From Dehalococcoidia bacterium (GTDB lineage Bacteria > Chloroflexota > Dehalococcoidia > Lucifugimonadales > VXLM01), in contig OY759598.1 in assembly GCA_963662435.1 (NCBI GenBank), forward strand, positions 2,574,507 through 2,638,506: DNA of 64,000 bases. The letters run 5' to 3'. The notes below the pieces were generated by a model. It saw nothing but the letters and a program-made list of their open reading frames with translations. It had not been told where the DNA came from and searched no databases. Each line of letters begins with the position of its first letter. Position 1 is the stretch's first letter. The translations under genes were made by a program, and so were the position numbers. Positions 30,081-39,369 of the stretch are shown here, in pieces.

Positions 30081-32750
30081 CTACTCGATCACGGCTCCTT
30101 CATAGTCTACATGTACGATTGGGTACCCCAGTTCCTCCAGCCCCGGCTCGACAACTGACCGGTCTCCCACGACCAGGAGCTTTAGCCGGTCGTTTTCCAC
30201 GCGCTCGATTGCCACGCGGCGGAGGTCTTCGGCGGTCAGCGCCTCGTACTGTGCCTCAAGACCGGAATAGTAGTCGTCCGGCAGGCCGAACATGACGATG
30301 CGACCCAGCTGGGAAAGCAGGTGCGTCTGCGTCTCGAACTGGCTGGCGAACCCCTTCAGCATCCCGTTCTTGGCATCGGCAAACTCTTGCCCGTCAACGG
30401 GACGGCCGGTGCGAATATCCTCGAATTCCTTTAAGACCTCGATGACCGACTCCTTCGTGACAGCCGTCTGCACGGATCCCCATGCCGCCAGCGCGGATGG
30501 TCCTGTCGCCCAGTCGACGGCTGAATGGAACCCATAGCTGTAGCCCTTGTCCTGTCGAAGGTTCTGGTTCATCCGAGCCATGAAATGTCCGCCGAACAGG
30601 TAGTTGAGCAAGTTCAATGCGTAGAAGTCGGAGTCATGCCGGTCGATAGTCAGGTGGCCTGCCCGAATCACGGACTGCGCCGCGCCGGGCTTGTCGGCGA
30701 GGTAGATTGTCGTGGAACCGGAGTTCGGAGCGCTGGACGCCGGTCGTCGTGAGCTTGTGCCACCGGACTGCCCGCCCGGGGACCAATGCCCGAATCTTGC
30801 CTGCGCCAGAGACAGGACATCTTGCCTCGTGGTATCACCCACTGCGATGAGCGTCGCAGCATCGGACACGTACGTGCGGTGGAATTGCTCGACAACCTCG
30901 TCCCGCGTGATTGCGCCGACGGACTCTTCGGTCCCCGACAGCGGGCTGCCGTAGGCAGTCCCCTTGCCGTACAGGAGCGCTCGAAATGCCCGCTGCGCTA
31001 TTAGGTTGGGGTCGTCTCCAATTCGTCGAAGGTCGACCAACCGCTCCTTACGCACGCGATCGAGCTCTTTCTCCGGGAAGTTCGCGTGTGTCACCACGTC
31101 CGCCAGGATCTCCATCGCCCTGCCCCTGTGCTGGGTCAGCGCCGATGTCGATGCCGACACCAGTTCGTATCCCGCCGTACTGTTGATGTGGGCCCCTATG
31201 AACTCCATCTCCTCGGCGATTTCCTGGCTCGTCATCGTCGGCGTGCCCTCCGGCAACATGACCGCCGTGAGGTGTGACAGGCCGGGTCTATCAGGCGGGT
31301 CGCCCGTCGCACCGGCGTCTACGATGAGGCTCATCGACACGGCCGGTAGGCGGGAGTCCTCCACGTACAGAATGTTGAGGCCGTTGTCCAGTTTCTCGCG
31401 CCGGGGCACCGGCGGACTGAACGACCGGGGCGCCGCGCTGCCCGGCATGGCGGATCGGTCGACATCCGTTCCCGCGCCTGCCTCGACCGCATCCTCCGGC
31501 AAAACTGTCATGCGCACCCTGTCTGGGCCGAGTGACTGCGCCGCCACGCGCACCACGTCCGATGCTGAGACGACGCGGTATCTTTCGATGTCGGTGTTGA
31601 TAAGGCCGGGATCGCCCCCGAAGGTATGGAACAGATTGAGTTGGTCGGCCCTGCCCCCGAATCCCCCGATCTTCTCAAGCCCATGCACATTATCGACCTC
31701 GAACCGGTTGAGCGCCGTGCCCACCTCTCGCTCCGTTGGAGGCTCGTTTCGAATGCTGTCAAGTTGCTCGTGAACGATTTCCTCGAGTTCGACGAGGTCC
31801 TGTCCGGGATTACCCGTGATCTGCACGATGAATTCGCCGGCAATCTCTCTCGTATAGTGGGCAACCGTCACGTCGCGCGCGATGCGCTTTTCATAGACCA
31901 GCGTCTTGTGCAGTCGAGAACTCTTACCTTCACCCAGGATCGAGGCAAGGATGTCCAGCGGGGCCTCGTCGTCATCGAACATCGGGCCCGTCGGCCACAC
32001 GAGCGACAGGCGGGGGAGCTGCACCTTGTCGAGCATGTCCATCCGCACCTCGCCCGACAGGCCGGAGTTCATCCTCCCCACGCGATCGATGGCCGTACCG
32101 GGCGGGATGTCCCCGAAGTAACTCTCTATGAGTCGTCTCGCCTCGTCAGGGTCAAAGTCGCCCGCGATGCTCAGGCTCGCGTTCGACGGTGCATAGTAGG
32201 TTCGGAAGAAGTCCTTCACATCGTCGAGCGACGCCGCGTTCAGGTCCGCCTGCGACCCGATTACGGGCCAGTTGTAGGGATGCGGAGCCGGGAAGACAGC
32301 CGTCTCCATCGCCAGGTACGCCTTCCCGTACGGACGGTTCTCATAGCTCTGCCGCCGCTCGTTCTTCACCACGTCGCGCTGCAGGTCGAGCCTCTCCTGG
32401 TCGAGCGCCTCCAGCAGGAACCCCATGCGGTCGGACTCCAGCCACAGGATCAATTCGAGGTTGTTCGAAGGCGCGGTCGTCCAGTAGTTCGTGCGGTCGT
32501 TCGTCGTCGAGCCGTTGATATTCGCCCCGACCTTCTCCAGCGGCTCGAAGAAGTCAGTGTTGTGGTTCTTCGACCCCTCGAACATGATGTGCTCGAAAAG
32601 GTGCGCGAACCCCGTCCGGCCCGGCTGTTCGTCCTTCGATCCGACGTGGTACCAAATGTTCACCGCCACCATCGGCAGCGAGTCGTCCCGGTGCAAAATC
32701 ACGTTCAAACCGTTCGACAATGTATAGGTCTCGAAATCAATAGAGAGCAT
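30081..32750 (-). CDS. M16 (pitrilysin) zinc peptidase
   Basis: GFAHLFEH inverted HxxEH, NGSTT.DRTNY, VVKNER; second half with LRQDKGYSYG. Confidence 0.92.
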   Translation of the reverse strand: MLSIDFETYTLSNGLNVILHRDDSLPMVAVNIWYHVGSKDEQPGRTGFAHLFEHIMFEGSKNHNTDFFEPLEKVGANINGSTTNDRTNYWTTAPSNNLELILWLESDRMGFLLEALDQERLDLQRDVVKNERRQSYENRPYGKAYLAMETAVFPAPHPYNWPVIGSQADLNAASLDDVKDFFRTYYAPSNASLSIAGDFDPDEARRLIESYFGDIPPGTAIDRVGRMNSGLSGEVRMDMLDKVQLPRLSLVWPTGPMFDDDEAPLDILASILGEGKSSRLHKTLVYEKRIARDVTVAHYTREIAGEFIVQITGNPGQDLVELEEIVHEQLDSIRNEPPTEREVGTALNRFEVDNVHGLEKIGGFGGRADQLNLFHTFGGDPGLINTDIERYRVVSASDVVRVAAQSLGPDRVRMTVLPEDAVEAGAGTDVDRSAMPGSAAPRSFSPPVPRREKLDNGLNILYVEDSRLPAVSMSLIVDAGATGDPPDRPGLSHLTAVMLPEGTPTMTSQEIAEEMEFIGAHINSTAGYELVSASTSALTQHRGRAMEILADVVTHANFPEKELDRVRKERLVDLRRIGDDPNLIAQRAFRALLYGKGTAYGSPLSGTEESVGAITRDEVVEQFHRTYVSDAATLIAVGDTTRQDVLSLAQARFGHWSPGGQSGGTSSRRPASSAPNSGSTTIYLADKPGAAQSVIRAGHLTIDRHDSDFYALNLLNYLFGGHFMARMNQNLRQDKGYSYGFHSAVDWATGPSALAAWGSVQTAVTKESVIEVLKEFEDIRTGRPVDGQEFADAKNGMLKGFASQFETQTHLLSQLGRIVMFGLPDDYYSGLEAQYEALTAEDLRRVAIERVENDRLKLLVVGDRSVVEPGLEELGYPIVHVDYEGAVIE

Positions 32751-32857
32751 TCATATCTCCAGAGTTGGGATAGTAGACAGCCAACTGATTATAACAGTGA
32801 CCGCGCTGAACCCAACCCCCTGCCATTCCTCCGAAAATCACCCCCGTCCAATCTCCC

Positions 32858-33120
32858 GTAGGGGCGATTCGCGAATCGCCCTTACCGCCATTTTCATGTT
32901 TGGTGGTGTCGGTGCCAGCCGACATGAGCGAATGCTACGAATATAGCCTCAGAGCCCCCCACACCGTCATTCCTGCGAAGGAACGTCACCCCGTACCCCG
33001 ATACGGGGCAGGAATCCATCTTCTGTCCCTGTTATGCCGAGCCGCAATCTTCATCCCAGGTGGTGAGAGTGGCAACCCTCATGACACATTCCGAACGCAG
33101 CGAACCGGAGTGACGAATCT
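32858..33120. repeat. Mosaic of several REP-like palindromes, some nested
   Basis: GTAGGGGCGATTCGCGAATCGCCC; CGTCATTCCTGCGAAG...GCAGGAATCCA interrupted by CCCCGTACCCCGATACGGGG; degenerate GCAGCGAACCGGAGTGACGAATCT. Confidence 0.65.
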
Positions 33121-33310
33121 AAAATCTTCGACTTCCATTTCGTGTGCTGTAGCAGGGAACGACCTGTTTGCAAGATGAGTCACGCCGGATTCCTCTCTGC
33201 AGTCTCCTTTACCTCAGCGGCTGTGCATTAACCCCCTTGGCGAGAATGAACTACTTGCCTCAATGCCCTACTTTCTACGCAATACTTCCTCCGTTCTTCT
33301 CCCGCATTTC

Positions 33311-33339
33311 TTGACGCTCCCATACCCCCATGCTAGCAT
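33311..33339 (+). promoter_or_regulatory. Sigma70 promoter for ribF
   Basis: TTGACG-17 bp-TAGCAT with extended TG. Confidence 0.6.
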
Positions 33340-33389
33340 CGTTTTTTGGTGCGGCGATGAGCCGTCAAGCAGTCCCAAACAGGTGTTGA

Positions 33390-34325
33390 ATGTCGATCGG
33401 CGACGAGTTGCGCGCCTTTGCCGTCCGGGGTGACACTGCCCTCACCATTGGCGTTTTCGACGGCGTTCATCGTGGTCACACTTACCTCATCTCACAACTG
33501 GCCGACGAGGCCGCTTCCAAGGGCCTCACAGCCGGCGTGGTGACCTTCAGAGAGCACCCCGCCGCCGTCCTCAATCCGAGCTTTCAGGCACAGTACCTCA
33601 CGTCGCTTGAAGACCGACTTGCTTTGCTTAGCGAGACTAACGTCGATCTCGCAGTCCCGATCACCTTCGACCGCGCTCTCGCGAGTCTTAGCGCTCAAGA
33701 ATTCATTTCGCTCCTTCAGGAGCACCTCCGAATGGTGAGTTTGGTGGTTGGACCGGACTTCGCCATGGGCCGCAACCGTGAAGGCAACATCGAACACCTG
33801 TCAAAGCTGGGCGGCGAGATGGGCTTCACACTGAAGGTCGTCGATGGACTGCAGGACGCCGGGGGCGAGACCGTCCGCAGCACTACCGTCCGTACCGCAC
33901 TCGCCGAAGGTGACGTAGAGCGAGTCTCCGACCTGCTGGACCGCCGCTTCACGCTGACGGGACCCGTCGTCTCCGGCGAGGGACGGGGCGGCAAGCTGGG
34001 AATCCCAACGGCGAACATCGCGCCACCAAAAGAAATGGCCGTACCCGGCGACGGCATCTACGCGGCATATGCCCATCTGGACGATCACGCTATGCAGGCC
34101 GCCGTCAGCATTGGCACCAATCCCACTTTCGACGGCCAACACCGTACAATCGAACCGTTCATTCTGGACTTCGACGACAACCTGTACGGGAGTACGCTGC
34201 GACTGGAGTTTGTTCTTAGGCTCCGCGATCAGGTCAAGTTCGACTCGGTCGAGGCCCTTTTGGAACAGATCAATAGAGACGTGGCGGAGACGAGGCACAT
34301 CCTTGAGAACGCCGCTCCGTGCTAG
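33390..34325 (+). CDS. ribF: Bifunctional riboflavin kinase/FAD synthetase
   Basis: IGVFDGVHRGH, VGPDFAMG, GIPTAN, GTNPTF, LRDQVKF. Confidence 0.95.
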   Translation: MSIGDELRAFAVRGDTALTIGVFDGVHRGHTYLISQLADEAASKGLTAGVVTFREHPAAVLNPSFQAQYLTSLEDRLALLSETNVDLAVPITFDRALASLSAQEFISLLQEHLRMVSLVVGPDFAMGRNREGNIEHLSKLGGEMGFTLKVVDGLQDAGGETVRSTTVRTALAEGDVERVSDLLDRRFTLTGPVVSGEGRGGKLGIPTANIAPPKEMAVPGDGIYAAYAHLDDHAMQAAVSIGTNPTFDGQHRTIEPFILDFDDNLYGSTLRLEFVLRLRDQVKFDSVEALLEQINRDVAETRHILENAAPC

Positions 34326-34360
34326 AATCGTCTACGCAGCAATCACAACAAGGAGATCCC

Positions 34361-35452
34361 ATGACTAACCTGCGCATTCCGGGCCCGATTCCCGTTCCCG
34401 ATGACATCCTCGACAAGATGTCGACCCAGATGATGAACCACCGGGGCCCGCGCTTCAAGGAGATGCTCTTTCGCATCACGGACGGCCTGAAGCAGGTGTT
34501 CCGCACCGAGAACGACGTGTTCGTCCTGACATCATCGGGCACCGGGGCGATGGAAGCTGCGGTCGCCAACACCCTGTCTCCCGGCGAAAAGGTCGTCTGC
34601 GCCTCGATTGGCTCCTTCGGTGACCGCTTCGGCAAGATCGCCGAGATATTCGGCGCCGAAGTGACAATGGTGAATTTCCCCCAGGGCACCGCCGTCGAGG
34701 TCGACGAGCTGCGGCGCGTCCTCGACGCCGACCCGGAGATCACTGCCGTCCTCGTCACGCACAACGAGACCAACACCGGCGTCACCAACGACATCGAGCG
34801 CGTCGCCTCCGTCGTCAAGAACGAGTTCGACAAGCTCATCCTGGTAGACGGCATCAGCAGCGTGTGCTCCCTGCCGCTGGAGACCGACGACTGGGACCTT
34901 GACGTGGTGGCGACGGCGTCGCAAAAGGGCTGGATGCTCCCTCCCGGTCTCGCCTTCATCAGCATGAGCGAGCGAGCCTGGAAGGCCAATGAGAACTCAA
35001 CCATGCCCCGTTTCTACTTCGACCTCGCGGCCTACAAGGACTATTTCGACATGGGCCAGCCCCCTTGGACACCGAACCTCTCTGCCATGTACGCCCTGGA
35101 CTACGCGCTCACCAGGATCCTCGATGAGGGCGTCGAAAACGTCTGGCAGCGCCACGCCGACATCGCTCAGATGACCCGCGACGGCATCCGCGAACTCGGC
35201 CTTGAGGTCTTCCCCGACGAGAGCGTCGCGTCCAACACCGTCACATCCGTCCAAATGCCCGACGGCGTCAATGCCGACGACCTGCGCAAGGTCGTCCTCG
35301 ACGACCACGATGTCGTCCTCGCGGGAGCGTACGGCGAGCTTACGGGGAAAATGTTCCGCGTCGGCCACCTCGGCTACGTCACCCCCGAGGAAATAGAAGA
35401 CATGCTCTCCGCCCTCAAGGCCTCCCTCCCCAAGGTCGGCATCGGGGCGTAA
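34361..35452 (+). CDS. Class V PLP aminotransferase (alanine-glyoxylate/serine-pyruvate family)
   Basis: IPGP, SSGTGAMEA, HNETNTGV, ASQKGW..PPG, FRVGHLG; AGGAG SD before ATG 34361. Confidence 0.92.
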   Translation: MTNLRIPGPIPVPDDILDKMSTQMMNHRGPRFKEMLFRITDGLKQVFRTENDVFVLTSSGTGAMEAAVANTLSPGEKVVCASIGSFGDRFGKIAEIFGAEVTMVNFPQGTAVEVDELRRVLDADPEITAVLVTHNETNTGVTNDIERVASVVKNEFDKLILVDGISSVCSLPLETDDWDLDVVATASQKGWMLPPGLAFISMSERAWKANENSTMPRFYFDLAAYKDYFDMGQPPWTPNLSAMYALDYALTRILDEGVENVWQRHADIAQMTRDGIRELGLEVFPDESVASNTVTSVQMPDGVNADDLRKVVLDDHDVVLAGAYGELTGKMFRVGHLGYVTPEEIEDMLSALKASLPKVGIGA

Positions 35453-35503
35453 CAGTCTGTCGTCAACATAGGCCCTTCTTGAATTAGGCAAACGAACCTC
35501 GAC

Positions 35504-35531
35504 CGTCACTCCGGCGAAGGCCGGAGTCCAG
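35504..35531. repeat. REP family B palindrome
   Basis: CGTCACTCCGGCGAAGGCCGGAGTCCAG; other copies at 37203, 55523, 32965. Confidence 0.75.
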
Positions 35532-35654
35532 AGGAGGGAGGCCGAGAGACTCACCCAAGCCGACCGTGACAGGCCCCGGTCAGACACCCCATCCCGTGTT
35601 GTCCGCGGGCCAACGCTCCCCTACAATACCCGCACCCTACCCACGAGGTTCCCT

Positions 35655-36380
35655 ATGCGCACCAACAACATTGTCACGAAGCTGGCAGTCGGTGAGACCC
35701 CTGTCGGCTTCACCATCAGGTTACCATCCGCCACCATAGTCGAAATGATGGGCCAGCTAGGCTTTGATTTCGTCATGTTCGACTCCGAGCACGGGCCGTT
35801 CACCACCGCCGACATCGAGGACTTGAGCAGAGCGAGCGATGCCGTCGGCATGACCCCCATGGCTCGCGTACCCAACATCCACGACTCCACCATCCTCCGT
35901 TTCCTCGACCGCGGCATCATGGGCATCATGGGGCCCCACATCAACACGAGAGAGCAGGCGCAGGCCCTCGCCGACGCATGCCGCTACGTGCCCGAAGGCC
36001 ATCGCAGCTTCGGCTCCGGACGCGGAGGCCACTTCGGACGCAACGCCTCCCGGACCGAGTACATGAAGCACTTCAACGAGAACGTCGTCGTAATTGCCCA
36101 GCTTGAAGACGTTGCGTTGCTGGACGACCTCGACGGCATCCTGTCAGTCGACGGCATCGACTACTTCAACTCCGGCGCGCAAGACATCGCCCAGTCCTTC
36201 GGTCTTCCGGGGCAGGGAGACCACCCTAAGGTCCTGGAATTCGAGAAGACCGTCATGGACGCCGTCCACGCTGCCGGAAAGCAGATGGTAGGCGACGCCA
36301 TGGTCAACCTCACCATAGACGACGTGATCTTCGATGCCGCCGCCGCCGCCCTGGAATCCGCCAGGTGCGATACCGGCTAG
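35655..36380 (+). CDS. HpcH/HpaI aldolase family protein
   Basis: FDSEHG, RVP, LDRG..G..GPHI, PEGHRSFG, AQLED. Confidence 0.9.
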   Translation: MRTNNIVTKLAVGETPVGFTIRLPSATIVEMMGQLGFDFVMFDSEHGPFTTADIEDLSRASDAVGMTPMARVPNIHDSTILRFLDRGIMGIMGPHINTREQAQALADACRYVPEGHRSFGSGRGGHFGRNASRTEYMKHFNENVVVIAQLEDVALLDDLDGILSVDGIDYFNSGAQDIAQSFGLPGQGDHPKVLEFEKTVMDAVHAAGKQMVGDAMVNLTIDDVIFDAAAAALESARCDTG

Positions 36381-36742
36381 CCGACCTTCGGCTGCTCCAA
36401 TAGCTGGAGAATATTCCCGTCCGGGTCGTAAAAGGTGCATACCCATCCGCCCCAGTGCTCGCGCTCCGGCGGTCGAATGAACTCTACGCCCGCGTCAGAC
36501 AGCCGCTCATACTCGGCATGGATGCCCTCCACGTCGAGGTTCACCATCACGCGATACGGATCTTTCGACTCTCCCTCGACGCCTGAATGCGCGCCGATGC
36601 CGAGCTTGACGCCCCCCCACTGGAATGAGACGAAGTGCGGACGCTCCGAGTTCGGCGTCAGCCCGAGCGTGTCACGATAGAACCCAACCATCCTGCTCAG
36701 GTCGTCCGTCCAAATGATGACCCCGGCCAGCCCGCGTATCAT
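36377..36742 (-). CDS. VOC/glyoxalase family protein
   Basis: FYRDTLGL, GVEFIRPP, FYDPDGNILQL; ATG 36742 after GGAGG. Confidence 0.85.
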   Translation of the reverse strand: MIRGLAGVIIWTDDLSRMVGFYRDTLGLTPNSERPHFVSFQWGGVKLGIGAHSGVEGESKDPYRVMVNLDVEGIHAEYERLSDAGVEFIRPPEREHWGGWVCTFYDPDGNILQLLEQPKVG

Positions 36743-36807
36743 TGCGCTTACCTCCGCCGATTCTCTACCACAGAGTCCTCGGTCTTCCGACTTACCTAAG
36801 GTTGACA

Positions 36808-36868
36808 CGTTCGCCCTGGGCTTGTCGAAGGGCAACTCATTCATGGTTCTACAGGCTCGCCACGAACG
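36808..36868. repeat. REP family A inverted pair
   Basis: CGTTCGCCCTGGGCTTGTCGAAGGG ... GGTTCTACAGGCTCGCCACGAACG. Confidence 0.7.
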
Positions 36869-36926
36869 AGCTGCGAAGCAACACTCCAATCAAAATAGGA
36901 CGCTACATTCACACCCCAAGCCCACT

Positions 36927-36954
36927 TTGACTTCACCCCGCCAATCGATATAAT
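36927..36954 (+). promoter_or_regulatory. Near-consensus sigma70 promoter of the candidate sRNA
   Basis: TTGACT-16 bp-TATAAT. Confidence 0.65.
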
Positions 36955-36960
36955 GGCCTC

Positions 36961-37122
36961 AGGAGACTGGGTGGTGGAAGAAAGTCTAAGGTGTGGGTCT
37001 CTGAAGAAAGGAGGTGCTTCGTTGGATAGTAGCAGTAGGGGGTGTCACGGGTAGGTGTTCATCGTGACACTTCCCTAACCCGAGCCTCGCCGGAGTTCGC
37101 TTCGGCGGGGCTCCTCTGTTTT
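36961..37122 (+). ncRNA. Candidate structured small RNA (may encode a 10-aa peptide)
   Basis: Lies between promoter and terminator with no long ORF; 12-bp stem 37038-37074; perfect SD AAAGGAGGTG at 37007-37016. Confidence 0.55.
37082..37122 (+). terminator. Intrinsic terminator
   Basis: 14-bp stem with UUCG loop and G-U pairs valid only on the + strand, followed by CTCTGTTTT. Confidence 0.7.
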
Positions 37123-37202
37123 CCGCCGAGTCCTCCACGCTTCCCGCTAGGTTCCCGCCTCCGAAGTTCATCTAATAGTGTGGTCGGCAACCGATATACG
37201 CA

Positions 37203-37230
37203 CGTCATTCCGGCGTAGGCCGGAATCCAG
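37203..37230. repeat. REP family B palindrome
   Basis: CGTCATTCCGGCGTAGGCCGGAATCCAG. Confidence 0.75.
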
Positions 37231-37286
37231 TCTTCATTGTCTACAAGTCCAGGCCGTATAGCGCACGGCAATTCGGAGCCACAACA

Positions 37287-38618
37287 CTAGCCCATCATCT
37301 TCATCAGGTCGCGCATTCCCCGCTTTGACGACATCTGACGCATCATCCTGCGCGTCCGTTTGAACTGGTTCAGAAGCTGGTTCACGTCCCTGGGCGTCGT
37401 CCCGCTTCCCTGCGCGATCCGCCGCCGTCGCCGCCCGTTGATGATCTCAGGCCGCGCCCTCTCCTGGGGCGTCATCGAGAACACGATGGCCTCCGTCCTC
37501 TTCAGCTGCTTCTCCGTCAGGTCCTCCGACGGCATCTTGCCCTTCAGTCCCGGCATCCCCGGCAGCATTTCGAGGACCTGCCCGATTCCACCCATATTCC
37601 GCACCTGCTCGAGTTGATCGAGGAAGTCATTCAGGTCGAACGTGGCCTGCCGCATCTTCCGTTCGAGCGCCGCCGCCTCTTCCTCGTCATACGCCGCCTC
37701 CGTCTTCTCGATAAGCGTCAGCATGTCGCCCATGCCGAGGATACGCGACGCCAACCGGTCCGGGTGAAACTCCTCCAGCGCGTCCACGCCCTCGCCCGTC
37801 GCGATGAACTTGATCGGCACACCCGTGACCGACACGACCGAGACCGCCGCGCCGCCGCGCGCGTCGCCGTCCAGCTTGGAGAGCACCAGCCCCGTCACTC
37901 CAATCCGCTCGTGGAACTCCTTCGCCGCATTCACGGCGTCCTGGCCCGTCATAGCGTCCACGACCAGCAGCGTCTCGACCGGTGAGACGGCCTCCTTCAC
38001 CTCTTCGAGTTCAGACATCAGGTCGTCATCGATCTGCGTCCGACCCGCCGTGTCCACAATCGCCCACGTGGCGCCAACCTCCCCGGCTCGCTTCACCCCC
38101 TCTCTCGCCACCTGTGGAGTGGACCTCGACGTCCCCTCCTCGTACACCTCCACGTCGATCTGCCTGCCCAGCGTCTGAAGCTGATCGATGGCCGCCGGAC
38201 GGTACAGGTCGGCCGCTACCAGCACCGGAAGCTGGCCCGCCTGCTTGAGGTGCCGCGCAAGCTTCGCGGACGTCGTCGTCTTGCCGGAACCGTTCAGCCC
38301 GATCATCAGGATCACCGACGGCGATGTCGGCCCCGGCACGACCTTGTTCTCACCGCCGTCGAGGATGGCCGTAAGCTCCTCGTTCGTGATCTTGACGACC
38401 TGCTGGCCCGGACTCAGGCTCTGGAGCACGTCCTCGGACAGCGCCCGCTCGCGTATCTTCCCCACGAACGACCGCGCCACCCGGAAGTTCACATCCGCCT
38501 CGAGCAGCGCCATGCGGATCTCCCGCAATGCCGAGTCAACGTCGCCCTCCGTCAGCCGACCCTGGTTCCCGAGACGGTTGAAGACCCCGTTCAGCTTTTC
38601 CGTCAATGACTCGAACAT
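37287..38618 (-). CDS. ffh: Signal recognition particle protein
   Basis: GLNGSGKTT, DTAGR, DAMTGQDA, KLDGDARGG, RILGMGD, SMTPQER, RIAQGSG. Confidence 0.98.
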   Translation of the reverse strand: MFESLTEKLNGVFNRLGNQGRLTEGDVDSALREIRMALLEADVNFRVARSFVGKIRERALSEDVLQSLSPGQQVVKITNEELTAILDGGENKVVPGPTSPSVILMIGLNGSGKTTTSAKLARHLKQAGQLPVLVAADLYRPAAIDQLQTLGRQIDVEVYEEGTSRSTPQVAREGVKRAGEVGATWAIVDTAGRTQIDDDLMSELEEVKEAVSPVETLLVVDAMTGQDAVNAAKEFHERIGVTGLVLSKLDGDARGGAAVSVVSVTGVPIKFIATGEGVDALEEFHPDRLASRILGMGDMLTLIEKTEAAYDEEEAAALERKMRQATFDLNDFLDQLEQVRNMGGIGQVLEMLPGMPGLKGKMPSEDLTEKQLKRTEAIVFSMTPQERARPEIINGRRRRRIAQGSGTTPRDVNQLLNQFKRTRRMMRQMSSKRGMRDLMKMMG

Positions 38619-38668
38619 AGATGCCCATCCTCCAAAGCAGAATATTCTAGGTGTTGTCCAAGCAAAAT

Positions 38669-38694
38669 CCGTTCACCCTGAGCCTGTCGAAGGG
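38669..38694. repeat. REP family A
   Basis: CCGTTCACCCTGAGCCTGTCGAAGGG. Confidence 0.75.
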
Positions 38695-38822
38695 TCACCG
38701 GCGACTCATAAGGCGATAGTCTTAATCTACCATACGCCCACAGGCAGAAATTCGTTCTCAACCTTGAGGCCCTTTCGCGGATCTTAAGTTTGAAGGCTCA
38801 CAGGTGTGCGAGGGCCGGGACC

Positions 38823-39365
38823 ATGAACGACCAACGAGAGATGGAACGGATGAGGCACGGCGACATCGCCGCCCTCGGTACCCTGGTCGACCGGTACCAG
38901 ACAAAGTCCCTGCGTGCCGCCTATCTCGTCACGCATGACCTCGCCATGGCCGAAGACGTCGTGAGTACCGCATTCCTTCGAGTCTTCGAGCGGGCCGACC
39001 GCTACAGCCCGACTCAATTCGGCCCTTGGTTCTACCGGATCGTCGTAAACGACGCCATCAAGGCCGTCCAGCGTCGCGACCGGACAACAACGATGGATCA
39101 AGTGGAAGATGCCCGGAGACCCAGCGACTCAACCGACCCCCAGAAGGCCGCAGTCCTGAACGAGGAGCGAAGAGCCGTCCGCGATGCCCTATCGCACCTG
39201 ACTCCGTCACAGCGAGGCGCGGTCGTCATGCGGTACTTCCTCGACCTGTCCGAGTCCGAGATGGTCGAGCGGACCGGACGTACCAAGGGCACCGTCAAGC
39301 GTCACCTCCACGACGCAAGGGCGCGACTGAAACGGCTCCTCCGTACGAACGAGAGCGACAAGTGA
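38823..39365 (+). CDS. ECF sigma-70 factor
   Basis: Region 2 AEDVV..AF...FGPWFYRIVVN; region 4 LTPSQR...RYFLDLS...GTVKRHLHDAR. Confidence 0.9.
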   Translation: MNDQREMERMRHGDIAALGTLVDRYQTKSLRAAYLVTHDLAMAEDVVSTAFLRVFERADRYSPTQFGPWFYRIVVNDAIKAVQRRDRTTTMDQVEDARRPSDSTDPQKAAVLNEERRAVRDALSHLTPSQRGAVVMRYFLDLSESEMVERTGRTKGTVKRHLHDARARLKRLLRTNESDK

Positions 39366-39369
39366 TGAT

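Noticed and set aside
36961..37122. SRP RNA (ffs), suggested by adjacency to ffh
   Set aside because: No CAGG-CC-GNRA-GG-AGCAG domain IV motif on either strand
38757..38786. Autoregulated ECF promoter (CAACC...GATCT)
   Set aside because: Motif too short to support without a second copy or homologue alignment
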